Source: Candidatus Faecicola pullistercoris
GTDB lineage: Bacteria; Bacillota; Clostridia; Christensenellales; CAG-917
Reading direction: 5' to 3'
DNA length: 64,000 bases
Assembly: GCA_018714105.1 (NCBI GenBank)
Contig: DVNW01000012.1
Location: 38,592 to 102,591 of the forward strand
The position numbers and the translations under genes were made by a program. Position 1 is the first letter of the stretch. Every line of letters begins with the position of its first letter. Of the stretch, positions 53,044-62,281 are shown piece after piece. The notes under the pieces were generated by a model, which did not search any database, was not told the origin of the DNA, and was given only the letters and a program-made list of their open reading frames with translations.

Positions 53044-56000
53044 TTACTTGAAAGCAGAGAAATGCCATTCCCTCGTTGTACTTGAAGACGAGTCTGCCTC
53101 CGTCTGAATTTGACCCAGCCCCTGCAAAAGCTTATCCGCAAGATAATTTTTATATTCATCTGCCGTCATATCGTCGGGATGTAAAGGTCTGTAAATAGTT
53201 TCATTAGCCCAAGGCCCCTCGTTGATCGAATAGTCCATAACGATATTACCCGTAACTATCGAACCGCCGGACATACTGTCGTTACTCGTGCCGCCCGTCA
53301 TTTCCGCCAAGCTGTTTCCGAGATAAACCACGGAGTCTTTATGCGGAGTATAAACTACGCCCTGTAAGTTCGTGGCAAGGCCGCACCATATCTGCATAGG
53401 CCCTTCGCACATTATAAACATTACGGAATTGTCCTGACAGAAGAACCCCGCATGCTCCTGATCCTGTATAGCGGCAGTATAGTTGGTAAGATAAAGTTTT
53501 AACCGTTCGGCTTCGGTAGACGCATAAGCGTACTTTGTGCCGCTGTTGCTTGAAAATACTTCCTTGCCGCTTATTTCCTCGGATGTCAGCTTTGCGCTTA
53601 CCATGTCGTCAACGTGCGACGCAAGCAATTCGGGACTGTCAAGCTCTTGCCACTGCGCACCCGTCCATTTATAGAACGTGGGAATAAATATCATATACGC
53701 TACGCCGGTATCGGCGTTTGCCATGCCGTTTTTGACCTTATAGTCCTTCGTCTCGAAAACGCTGTACTGAATGGCCATGGCGTTTTGAGCCGTATAGCTG
53801 CTCTGATTGTATTTTATCGTATTGGTAGGTCTGATATAAATTCTTACGTCGCCGTAAGTGGTATCTATCTGCATGTGTTCGTAACGGCGGGAGGTGAATT
53901 TGTTGTTGCCGAAAACAAGACCTTCGGTGAGGCTGCTCCAATACCTGTCCGACCATACGCTTCCGCACCCGCAGCTGCAATAATATACTTCGCCGTTGTT
54001 AAATTCGTATGTCTTATTCGTTGGCGTTTCGTCAACATAAACGTCTTTCATAATAAGATAACGCCAATGGTCGGAACTGTAATTGTACTTAATGCCTATA
54101 AACTGAGTATAATTTCCGACCGCCCATTGGGCCCTGAGCCATTCGGTTGCCTTATACATATTGGCGTCGTTCCAAGTGTCTCCGGCGACCGTACCGCCCG
54201 AAAGGCGAGCAAGATATTCCAAACAAATTAACCTATTTAACAATTCGTACTTATTGTGCACGATAACGTCGCAGTTCAAAGCCTGTTCGAGAGTAGAGGC
54301 AAACTTTATCTGATTTATTGCTATACCCGTAAAGTTTATACCGTGCAAATCGTTTGCTTTATTACCCGTAAGTTCATAATCGGCCTCGGGATCAGAACGG
54401 TTCATATAATCACGGTTGTAAACTCCTTCGGCATTGTATCCGTAAACGCCCATTTCCTGGAATATCTGCTTTACGGTGGTGGGATTTATGTTGGCCGTAC
54501 CGCTGACTATTCCCTTGCGTTCCCAAGCGTTATTGCTTTGGTTCTGATTTAAAAGATAGCTGGTATACATGCCCTGAACGGTATTTGTAACGCTTGCAGT
54601 ATTTAAATCATATCCGCTTGCAGCATTGCATATCTCTTCGTAATACTTTTTATCGCCCGTTCTGTCGGCAAAAAATACGTTTGCACTATTGGAAGGATTT
54701 GTAAACTGAACTTTTGCATAATCGTTTAATGTTACGCTTGATTTGTAACTATAAAGATTAAAATAGTTGCTGTCGTTGAATCCAATGGTTCTTGTCCACC
54801 AACCGTTGGTTTTGTTGGCGGAATTTATTACATAATAACCGCTTCTGTAGTCCGGTGTCCATTCTGCATTACACTGTTTTGTATGATAATTCCAACTGTT
54901 GTCGGACGCCCAACCCATAACATAACCGTAAAGCACGTTGCCCTGCAAAGTGCTGAAAGCGTCTTTGGCCTGGCCTTCGCCGAATACGTTAATTTTACCG
55001 TTGCCGCTGAATACGTTTGTAGATTTAAAAGAAACGGGTGCAGAGATACCGTAGAGTGCGGTAGCCGCTTTAGCCGACGCGAATTCCAAAGTGCCGCCCG
55101 TATAAAATATATCCGTATTGTCGGCGGCTAAAGTATTGTTGGCTTCTATATAGGAATCATTCTGTACTATAATATTACCTTTTACTTCAAGCGTCTTGTA
55201 AGTTCCGTTGCCGAAATAACTGTTGGCGATACATCTGTAATAATAGTCGGCAGGCTTGTTGATGTAATTAGCTATATTGGTTTTGTATGCGGCAAGATAA
55301 TCCTGGAAACGGGCATTGCGGCCGTTGGATACTTCTATAAGCCTTTCCCATAACTTATAAACAGCTTTTACAGAGCTTGTTGTATAGTAATCGTAATGAA
55401 CTGTACCCCAATGAAATGCACTTTCCTGAAAATATAGTCCGGCATGTTTGGCGTCAACGTGAAGTACGGGCACACCGTTTACCGATTGAGCGCTAATGTA
55501 GTTATCGTTGCCCAGCTCCAAATATGTCCTGTTATTATTGTCGACATAAAATACGGGGTTTGAAGCAAAATCGAAAGGATCGCCGTTTAACCCTGTGTAA
55601 ACTATATTGGATTCCTTACTCTCTTTAGTTGCGGTCAGTATGTGAGACGCATAGGAAGCATACAGCAAGGAATTTAGCTTAATTTCGTCCGCCGTAGGAA
55701 ATGCGGGAAATGCTCCGTCGTTATTTTCCGAATATACGAGTTTAAAACCGGTATCGTTGTCGCCTACCTTATTATCGGTAGTCGCATAACGCTCAAAAGG
55801 AGTACCCGTTACGTACATATTGCCTCCGCAATATATATTACCTCCTATATAGGCGTTATAGTTATTTAAACCGTTAAACAGAATATTGCCCGATACGTAA
55901 ACGTCACCCAATATATCGCAGGAGTTAATAATCAGATCGCCGTTTACGTAAACGTTTTTGGTTATTTCGGTAGAAAGACTGTTATAAGAATTAGGATCGT

Positions 56001-56691
56001 TTTTATCACCCGAACCACGATATACTCTCGCGCCGAGTACAAGACTGCCGTTACAATATACGTTACCCGTTACAGATACCTCTCCTCTTGCCTCATCGCC
56101 TTTATAAAGAGCGAGAAGATAATCACCGCTGAGGCTGACGTCGCCGTCAATACCGCCCGAAGGGAAGGAATAGTTTACGCTGCCGCCGTTGGCCACAGCG
56201 GAGTTGGTAACGGCGTTTATCATATTGTACGTGTCGTTAGTGGTAAGCTGCGCGGTAAAAACCAAAGTTTCAGTACTGCGGCCTACCGTTGCTTCTATTT
56301 TAATCGTTACCGTATTAGGTACGTTTCCGTTTGCGCTGTAACTGTCGCCCGAAAGCGTAACTTTACAGCTTCCGAACAAATTAGGCGTATCCACGCTGAA
56401 AGTAGTACTGTTCGTGCCGTTATTCTGAATATCGAAAAGTCTCTCTTCGATAATATCGCCCATGTTCTGTTTTATTACGTTTGCAACGGAGAGTGCGGTT
56501 TGTTCGGCCTTGACCTGGCTGCTTGCGAATATACCGTCAAGCGCGCTGTTTTGAGAAAGCACCATAAAACTGCTGCCGATGATAATAAGCACCGACATGG
56601 TCATGACTACCATAAGCAGAGTACTGCCCGTCTTCTCCTTACATTTGGCGTTTACCCTTTTATAGAGCTTGTATATCAAACTGTTTTTCAT
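53044..56691 (-). CDS. giant (1215 aa) pilin-like/PilX-GspK-like surface protein with beta-helix-like repeats
   Basis: The N-terminus ...KEKTG|STLLMVVMTMSVLIIIGSSFMVL is a pilin-type hydrophobic helix without Glu+5. The body is rich in N/Y/T/G, with short rung-like repeats (VSVTGNVYCNGSLVLG; VYVNGDLIINSCDILGDVYVSGNILFNG...IGGNIYCGGNMYVTG). GGAGGGG RBS. Confidence 0.75.
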   Translation of the reverse strand: MKNSLIYKLYKRVNAKCKEKTGSTLLMVVMTMSVLIIIGSSFMVLSQNSALDGIFASSQVKAEQTALSVANVIKQNMGDIIEERLFDIQNNGTNSTTFSVDTPNLFGSCKVTLSGDSYSANGNVPNTVTIKIEATVGRSTETLVFTAQLTTNDTYNMINAVTNSAVANGGSVNYSFPSGGIDGDVSLSGDYLLALYKGDEARGEVSVTGNVYCNGSLVLGARVYRGSGDKNDPNSYNSLSTEITKNVYVNGDLIINSCDILGDVYVSGNILFNGLNNYNAYIGGNIYCGGNMYVTGTPFERYATTDNKVGDNDTGFKLVYSENNDGAFPAFPTADEIKLNSLLYASYASHILTATKESKESNIVYTGLNGDPFDFASNPVFYVDNNNRTYLELGNDNYISAQSVNGVPVLHVDAKHAGLYFQESAFHWGTVHYDYYTTSSVKAVYKLWERLIEVSNGRNARFQDYLAAYKTNIANYINKPADYYYRCIANSYFGNGTYKTLEVKGNIIVQNDSYIEANNTLAADNTDIFYTGGTLEFASAKAATALYGISAPVSFKSTNVFSGNGKINVFGEGQAKDAFSTLQGNVLYGYVMGWASDNSWNYHTKQCNAEWTPDYRSGYYVINSANKTNGWWTRTIGFNDSNYFNLYSYKSSVTLNDYAKVQFTNPSNSANVFFADRTGDKKYYEEICNAASGYDLNTASVTNTVQGMYTSYLLNQNQSNNAWERKGIVSGTANINPTTVKQIFQEMGVYGYNAEGVYNRDYMNRSDPEADYELTGNKANDLHGINFTGIAINQIKFASTLEQALNCDVIVHNKYELLNRLICLEYLARLSGGTVAGDTWNDANMYKATEWLRAQWAVGNYTQFIGIKYNYSSDHWRYLIMKDVYVDETPTNKTYEFNNGEVYYCSCGCGSVWSDRYWSSLTEGLVFGNNKFTSRRYEHMQIDTTYGDVRIYIRPTNTIKYNQSSYTAQNAMAIQYSVFETKDYKVKNGMANADTGVAYMIFIPTFYKWTGAQWQELDSPELLASHVDDMVSAKLTSEEISGKEVFSSNSGTKYAYASTEAERLKLYLTNYTAAIQDQEHAGFFCQDNSVMFIMCEGPMQIWCGLATNLQGVVYTPHKDSVVYLGNSLAEMTGGTSNDSMSGGSIVTGNIVMDYSINEGPWANETIYRPLHPDDMTADEYKNYLADKLLQGLGQIQTEADSSSSTTREWHFSAFK

Positions 56692-56795
56692 ACCGTACCC
56701 CTCCGGCTTTAAAACTTTATGCAGGCGACTCGCGCCCGCGCATATTTATAAAATAATATTATTAACTGCTAATATTATAGAGTTACCCTACTAAA

Positions 56796-56824
56796 ATTAT
56801 ATGACCGAAAATGCGCTTTGTCAA
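56796..56824 (-). promoter_or_regulatory. consensus sigma70 promoter for the pilin cassette
   Basis: On the minus strand: TTGACA (56824-56819), 17-nt spacer, TATAAT (56801-56796). The leader is about 100 nt. Confidence 0.65.
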
Positions 56825-56962
56825 CATACTGTCCCGCTTTTCAAGCCGAATTTTACCGCAAACTCATTAAAGAAACATTAAAATTGGATTTTTTTTAAAT
56901 ACTTTGCCTTTTATTTCCTCTTGCCGCCCTGCACACGAGCGCGCTCCTCGGGTTTTCGTTCC

Positions 56963-56991
56963 TTGACTATTACGGGCGGCCGTGCTAAAAT
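56963..56991 (+). promoter_or_regulatory. sigma70-type promoter for thyA-folA
   Basis: TTGACT (56963-56968), 17-nt spacer, TAAAAT (56986-56991). Confidence 0.6.
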
Positions 56992-57019
56992 GAAATAAAT
57001 AAAATTCAAGAGGTAATTT

Positions 57020-57850
57020 ATGAGTCAGGCCGATTTAACTTTCATCAACATGTGCCGGGATATTATCGATAACGGAGTATGGGATACCGACTGCGACGTC
57101 CGCCCCAGATGGCACGACGGTACGCCCGCGCATACCGTTAAAAAATTCGGAGTGGTTAACCGTTACGATTTAAGTAAGGAATTTCCCCTTCTTACAATCA
57201 AGCGCACGCCTTTCCGCTCGGCCGTTGACGAACTTTTGTGGATATGGCAGAAAAAGTCCAACAATATTCACGACCTTAACAGCCACATCTGGGACAGCTG
57301 GGCCGACGAAACGGGCAGCATAGGCAAGGCTTACGGTTACCAGCTTGCAATCAAGCACAAATATAAAGAAGGCCTTTTCGATCAGGTAGACCGCGTGCTT
57401 TACGACCTGAAACACAACCCGCATTCCAGGCGCATTCTCACAAATATTTACAATTTTCAGGACCTGAGCGAAATGCACCTTTATCCGTGCGCCTATTCGA
57501 TGACTTTCAATACCTCGGGCGATACGCTTAACGCCATACTCAACCAGCGCTCGAACGACGTGCTGGCGGCAAACAACTGGAACGTCGCGCAGTACGCGGT
57601 GCTGCTTATTATGATGGCGCAGGTCAGCGGACTCAAACCGGGCACTCTTATGCACGTTATTGCGGACGCCCATATCTACGACAGGCACGTGCCCATAGTG
57701 GAAGAAATGATAAAAAGTCCGCAGTTCCCCGCTCCGAAACTTATAGTCAACCCCGACGTGAAGGATTTTTACAAGTTCACCGTGGACGACTTCGTGCTTG
57801 AAAATTACCGGTACTCGCCGTTTAACCACAAAATCGAGGTTGCGATATGA
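57020..57850 (+). CDS. thyA: thymidylate synthase
   Basis: 276 aa. Contains RRILTNIYN..., LYPCAYSMTF (active-site Cys) and LNQRSNDV. Confidence 0.92.
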   Translation: MSQADLTFINMCRDIIDNGVWDTDCDVRPRWHDGTPAHTVKKFGVVNRYDLSKEFPLLTIKRTPFRSAVDELLWIWQKKSNNIHDLNSHIWDSWADETGSIGKAYGYQLAIKHKYKEGLFDQVDRVLYDLKHNPHSRRILTNIYNFQDLSEMHLYPCAYSMTFNTSGDTLNAILNQRSNDVLAANNWNVAQYAVLLIMMAQVSGLKPGTLMHVIADAHIYDRHVPIVEEMIKSPQFPAPKLIVNPDVKDFYKFTVDDFVLENYRYSPFNHKIEVAI

Positions 57851-58359
57851 TTTGCATCGCCGCCGTCGACAAGCACTGGGGCATAGGCAGGGACAACGAT
57901 CTGCTGTTTTCCATTCCCGAGGATATGCGCTTTTTCAGGCAGACCACTTCGGGCAAAACCGTGATTGCGGGCAGAAAAACCTTGCTTTCCTTTCCGGGCG
58001 GAAAACCTCTTAAAAACAGGGTGAACGTAGTGCTTTCGTCCGACGCGGAATTCGACGGTGCGGTCAACGTACATTCCCTTTCCGAACTCGCCGAAGCCGT
58101 AATTAAACTTCCCGGGGACGACGTCTTTGTTATAGGCGGGGAAATGTTGTACCGTACTCTTCTTCCATATTGCTCCAAAGCGCTTATAACAAAAATAGAT
58201 GCCGACGGGAATGCCGACAAGTTTTTCCCCGATCTGGACGCCGCCGACGGGTGGAAACCCGAAAGCATGGGCGATAAACTTGCTTTTGAAAAGGGATTTT
58301 TCCGTTTTACGACATACGTCAACACAAAAGTAAAATCTTTGCGGGAACTTATTAAATAA
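57847..58359 (+). CDS. folA: dihydrofolate reductase
   Basis: Contains IAAVDKHWGIGRDNDLLFSIPEDMRFFRQTT and GRKT. ATGA overlap with thyA. Confidence 0.9.
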   Translation: MICIAAVDKHWGIGRDNDLLFSIPEDMRFFRQTTSGKTVIAGRKTLLSFPGGKPLKNRVNVVLSSDAEFDGAVNVHSLSELAEAVIKLPGDDVFVIGGEMLYRTLLPYCSKALITKIDADGNADKFFPDLDAADGWKPESMGDKLAFEKGFFRFTTYVNTKVKSLRELIK

Positions 58360-58381
58360 CCGAAAACGCGTTTCATTATGT

Positions 58382-58408
58382 AAAAAAGGCGGTTAAAACC
58401 GCCTTTTT
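58382..58408. terminator. bidirectional intrinsic terminator
   Basis: Stem ggcgg (58388-58392) pairs with ccgcc (58399-58403), flanked by A6 and T5. Confidence 0.85.
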
Positions 58409-58426
58409 GGTTATACAGATTGTCTC

Positions 58427-58630
58427 TTACTGTTGATCTTTACGCGTAAGACGCGTTTTGTTGCCCTTTTCGTCCACAACGTAGGTATTGTCCAGCTGCG
58501 CTTGTAAACTAGCCTTTACAGAGGCAATATATTCGGCGTGCAAGCGCTTCCTTTCCGCCGCCTCTTCCTCGGTAAGGCCTTCGGTTTTGTGCTTTTTGGC
58601 AAGTTCGTTTATCCTTTTTACGTCTACCAT
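58427..58630 (-). CDS. DUF896/UPF0291 (YnzC-like) small protein
   Basis: 67 aa. Contains INELAKKHKTEGLTEEEAAERKRLHAEYI, typical of this family. Confidence 0.75.
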   Translation of the reverse strand: MVDVKRINELAKKHKTEGLTEEEAAERKRLHAEYIASVKASLQAQLDNTYVVDEKGNKTRLTRKDQQ

Positions 58631-58632
58631 TT

Positions 58633-59940
58633 TTATACCTCTTCTTCCCTTTCCCCGACGTGGGATTCGGGGTTGTTTTCCTCAGGCGGTTCGGGCCCGC
58701 TTTTATCGGTTTCGGCCGTATAACCGCGCCTTGAAACTCCTTCGGCGCCGTCGTCAGCGCTGAGACCCAGACGGCTTCTGAGCTCGGATATGCGCGATTT
58801 TATCCCTGCATTGTAACTGTGCGTTTTAAGCGAGGATTTTATTACTATGGCTATATTCGACGCGCTGCCTATCAGTATAAAACTGTAATAGGTTACCGCA
58901 CGCCAGGTCATTACCGCCCAGAAGAACGAACCGCCTTCAAGCACGTTGCCGAAAAGGCCGTAAAAATACGCTTCGGCTCCGCCTGCCGTACCCGGAGTGG
59001 GCACGTAGGCCGCCGCATTCATGGCGTACATTCCCTTTACCAGGCTTTCGAGATAACCGACGTCGCTTCCGTACCCTTTGATTACGAAATACGGTACGCT
59101 GACCAGCGCGAGCACTTCTATTACCGAAAACAGCGAAATAAGCAAAAACAATCCTTTGTGCATGCCCAGATATTTAAGCGTTTTCAGAAACTCTTCGGTG
59201 GACTGAGTTATTTTTTTGAGCGTTTCGTCGTAATTTTTAACCAGTTTAAGTTTGTTTGCCGCTTTAACGCAGAACTCGGCAATTTTAAGCCCTATTTCCT
59301 TCTTTACGGCCACTACCGCCGCAAAGACGGGAAAGGTCAGGTTGAAAGCTACCCCTACGTACGCCGCTATTCGTATGCCCAGAGCCGTGTCGGAAGGTAT
59401 AAATATATAGGCAAGTATTATTACCAGATTGACGCTGAGCAGCTTGACCGCATGGCGGATTATGGGCGCGCTGTACGCGGTGGAAGCGTCCACGTTGTTC
59501 TTGCGCAGATAGTACATCTGAAAGGGCTGTCCGCCCATCGAAAACGGGGTTATCAAATCGTAGTACTTTCCTATCAGAACGGTCTTTACCGACAGCGCGA
59601 AACGCTTGTGCCCTCCCGTTTTTTTGAGCATGGCCATAAAGCAGACGGCCTCGGCTAACACCATTACGAAAAACAGCATAAAAGCGCAAAGTATATATAT
59701 CCAGCCGTTACTCGTGTTTTTAATTAGTTCTGCAAGATTGCCTACCGAACCCGACTTGTTGCGTTCGAGCAGGAAAATTACCGTTACTATTATTACGTTA
59801 AGCAACAAAAACAGCAATTTCATTACAAAACGCTGTTTTTTGGGTTTTATCTGTTCGAGTTCGTTAAGCTCTGCGAGAGCAAGGCTCTCGTCCGCGTTTG
59901 CTTCGTCCGCGGAAAGGCTATTCAGGCGGTTTTCATCCAT
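58633..59940 (-). CDS. stand-alone MprF-type flippase-like membrane protein (LPG-synthase TM / UPF0104 family)
   Basis: Polytopic protein containing IGKYYDLITPFSMGGQPFQMYYLRKNNV. Acidic N- and C-terminal tails. An 8-nt overlap with the upstream gene. Confidence 0.6.
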   Translation of the reverse strand: MDENRLNSLSADEANADESLALAELNELEQIKPKKQRFVMKLLFLLLNVIIVTVIFLLERNKSGSVGNLAELIKNTSNGWIYILCAFMLFFVMVLAEAVCFMAMLKKTGGHKRFALSVKTVLIGKYYDLITPFSMGGQPFQMYYLRKNNVDASTAYSAPIIRHAVKLLSVNLVIILAYIFIPSDTALGIRIAAYVGVAFNLTFPVFAAVVAVKKEIGLKIAEFCVKAANKLKLVKNYDETLKKITQSTEEFLKTLKYLGMHKGLFLLISLFSVIEVLALVSVPYFVIKGYGSDVGYLESLVKGMYAMNAAAYVPTPGTAGGAEAYFYGLFGNVLEGGSFFWAVMTWRAVTYYSFILIGSASNIAIVIKSSLKTHSYNAGIKSRISELRSRLGLSADDGAEGVSRRGYTAETDKSGPEPPEENNPESHVGEREEEV

Positions 59941-60649
59941 AAAACACTATATCGTGCGGCGGTAAAGCGTCGCCCTCCTCCGCTATTTTACTTTCGAGAT
60001 ACCTGCATATACTGTCTGCCTGCTCGTTCATTGGCAGGTCGGGATTGTATTCGACGGGTTCGCCCACTATTACTTTTTTCAGGCTTTCGCAAAAATATAC
60101 CGGATAGAATTTCAGCCTTTTGCCGGTACGCTTATAGTACATAGGCCCTAAATACGTAAATCCTTTGTTGAATTCGTATACGTATTTGTTTACGGGGTTT
60201 TCGGTACGCTCCGGAAATATCATCGTGGAGCCGCCTTCCTTCATCGTTTCCAGCACCAGTCCGAACGTCTTTTTTACGCGCGTATCGTGATAAACCGGTA
60301 TGCCGTCTATCGCCCTGAACACGTATATTATCAGGGGCATCACCGCGACAAACAAGACTTTTAAATAGTAGGGGCGCTCTTTAAGTACTTTTTTCAGCAT
60401 ATGATTCCAGCACTCTTTGTAATGCACGAAATAACCGTTTACCCAAAGCCTTACGTCGGGCTTATAAAGTATCATGGCACTGGGCGCGTAAATCTTCGTA
60501 TGGTTGGATACGAACAGGACGGGTTCGTCGGGCATCTCCGTATGCCACTCCCATTCCGGACGCTCCACCTTGCCGCAGGCTATCCTTTTTATTATTTCCA
60601 ATAATAAATGTTTTTTACCCTTCGGTTTTTCCGGTCTGTCCTTTGCCAT
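59933..60649 (-). CDS. PlsC/LPLAT-superfamily acyltransferase-like protein with a degenerate HX4D block
   Basis: The blocks are LFVSNHTKIYAPS (His kept, Asp replaced by Ala), AIDGIPVYHD, MIFPERTENP (compare FPEGTR) and FYPVYF. Confidence 0.5.
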   Translation of the reverse strand: MAKDRPEKPKGKKHLLLEIIKRIACGKVERPEWEWHTEMPDEPVLFVSNHTKIYAPSAMILYKPDVRLWVNGYFVHYKECWNHMLKKVLKERPYYLKVLFVAVMPLIIYVFRAIDGIPVYHDTRVKKTFGLVLETMKEGGSTMIFPERTENPVNKYVYEFNKGFTYLGPMYYKRTGKRLKFYPVYFCESLKKVIVGEPVEYNPDLPMNEQADSICRYLESKIAEEGDALPPHDIVFYG

Positions 60650-60655
60650 TTACAA

Positions 60656-62152
60656 TTATTCCTCTATATTCATCCCCGCAGAAGCGCGCCTTTCGGCAAG
60701 CTCTCTCATGATTTTATCCTTCTTTTCTCCCGTCAGGTCGTAGAACAGCACGGGTATTATGCAGAGTATGAGGCTTATGCCGGGCATAAGCGATACGAGC
60801 GAGAACATACCGAAGCGGATATTTTCGCTTACCGTAAGCGGATTTATGCTGCCTTCCGCCATCATAATACTGCCCGGGTCTATCTTGAATCCGAGATAAA
60901 CCAGGACTATTGCGCAGGTGGCTACGGCGTTGCCGAGTTTGTTTACGAAAGACTGACATGCCGACCCGAGAGCCGTTTCCCTGTATCCCGTTTTCCATTC
61001 CATATAATCGAGGCAGTCGCCTATCATTGCATACGAAGTGGTGTTAAGCACGCCGAGAGGTATGCTCATAATGATAATGAACGGTATGCAGGCCCAGAAC
61101 CCCGCGAACCAGCCGACCAGAGTCATTATTACGCTTGCGACGGCCCCTGCCAGACACGAAGTTATAACGATTTTTTTATAGTTGAACTTTTTATAAAGTA
61201 AGGGCATGAACAGCATCGCGCCGAACATTCCTATCGCCGCACATACCATAAATACCGTGGAAACGGTACCCCTGCTGGACTGCAACGCCTCGACAAGCTG
61301 CTCGGGCGTAAGCCCCGCCTGATCGGGTCCTATGTAGAACGTATATCTTGCGACGTGCGCGGCGGCCGCCTGCACGAGATATCTGCCGCTTGCCAGCACG
61401 CCCATTACGACTACCAGCATCAGAGGTTTACAGCTGAATATCCTGCTGAGTACGCTCGGCTCGGACTTGTCCTTTCTCGGCTTGTTGGGAATTATTACCC
61501 TTTCTTTGACGAAGAAATAGGATGAAAGGAATATCGCGCTTCCTATCACGGCGCAGATAAGGGCTATTATCATGTATTTGGCTTTGTCTATTTCCAAATC
61601 CGTCTTGCCCGTCATGATTTTACCCAGTACCCAGGACAGTACGAAATATATGGCCATGGGAACGGCGGAACCTACGCCGTTGAGCGTCCTCGAAAAAGAT
61701 ATGACGTTGGCCCTCTCCTTGGCGTCGGGAGTCATCGCGTTGGGAAGGCTCCAGAAAGGCACGTCGCTTACCGTGTAAATCATACCCCACAGGGTGTAAG
61801 TCACCGCGGCGTAAATCATCATCTGAGTCTGCGAAAATCCTTCCGGAACGTAAAACATCAAAAAGGTAAGTATGGCTACCGGTATCGGCGTGAACAGCAC
61901 GTACGGCTTGTATTTGCCCCATTTGGTAGTGTATCTGTCGGCTATCATTCCCATCATGGGATCGTTTACCGCGTCCCAAACCCTGGCAAGCAACATCAAC
62001 AGCAATACGAACAGGGGCGGCAACACGGCGACGTTTAAGTAAAACTCGCTTATGTATGAGGACATTATCGCATATATCATGCCCTGTCCCATACCGCCTA
62101 CCGCATACATCCAGAACTCTTTTTTACCTACGAATTTGGTATTGTTTTCCAT
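60656..62152 (-). CDS. GPH-family MFS symporter (third paralog)
   Basis: Contains WDAVNDPMMGMIADRYTTKWGKYKPY. 12-transmembrane profile. AGAGGAA RBS. Confidence 0.85.
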   Translation of the reverse strand: MENNTKFVGKKEFWMYAVGGMGQGMIYAIMSSYISEFYLNVAVLPPLFVLLLMLLARVWDAVNDPMMGMIADRYTTKWGKYKPYVLFTPIPVAILTFLMFYVPEGFSQTQMMIYAAVTYTLWGMIYTVSDVPFWSLPNAMTPDAKERANVISFSRTLNGVGSAVPMAIYFVLSWVLGKIMTGKTDLEIDKAKYMIIALICAVIGSAIFLSSYFFVKERVIIPNKPRKDKSEPSVLSRIFSCKPLMLVVVMGVLASGRYLVQAAAAHVARYTFYIGPDQAGLTPEQLVEALQSSRGTVSTVFMVCAAIGMFGAMLFMPLLYKKFNYKKIVITSCLAGAVASVIMTLVGWFAGFWACIPFIIIMSIPLGVLNTTSYAMIGDCLDYMEWKTGYRETALGSACQSFVNKLGNAVATCAIVLVYLGFKIDPGSIMMAEGSINPLTVSENIRFGMFSLVSLMPGISLILCIIPVLFYDLTGEKKDKIMRELAERRASAGMNIEE

Positions 62153-62187
62153 AGTTTCCTCTTAAACAAATAATTAATACTTTAATA

Positions 62188-62216
62188 ATTATACAATATA
62201 CTTGAAACTATTGCAA
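62188..62216 (-). promoter_or_regulatory. sigma70-type promoter for the GPH-acyltransferase-flippase operon
   Basis: On the minus strand: TTGCAA (62216-62211), 17-nt spacer, TATAAT (62193-62188). Confidence 0.6.
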
Positions 62217-62236
62217 CTTTCTCGAACGCATACTTG

Positions 62237-62264
62237 AAAAAACCGCCCCCTGCGTCGGGGGCGG
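62237..62264 (-). terminator. intrinsic terminator after the 161-aa gene
   Basis: Stem ccgccccc (62243-62250) pairs with gggggcgg (62257-62264). The A6 upstream is a U-tract on the minus strand. Confidence 0.85.
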
Positions 62265-62281
62265 CAATCGGGCAGAACCCG

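Noticed and set aside
56692-56795. GC-rich segment (atgcaggcgactcgcgcccgcgcat) in the ~100-nt pilin-cassette leader as a riboswitch or attenuator
   Set aside because: It can form only a short imperfect hairpin with no following U-tract and no alternative pairing that I could see. It is too small to call a structured regulatory RNA from sequence alone.
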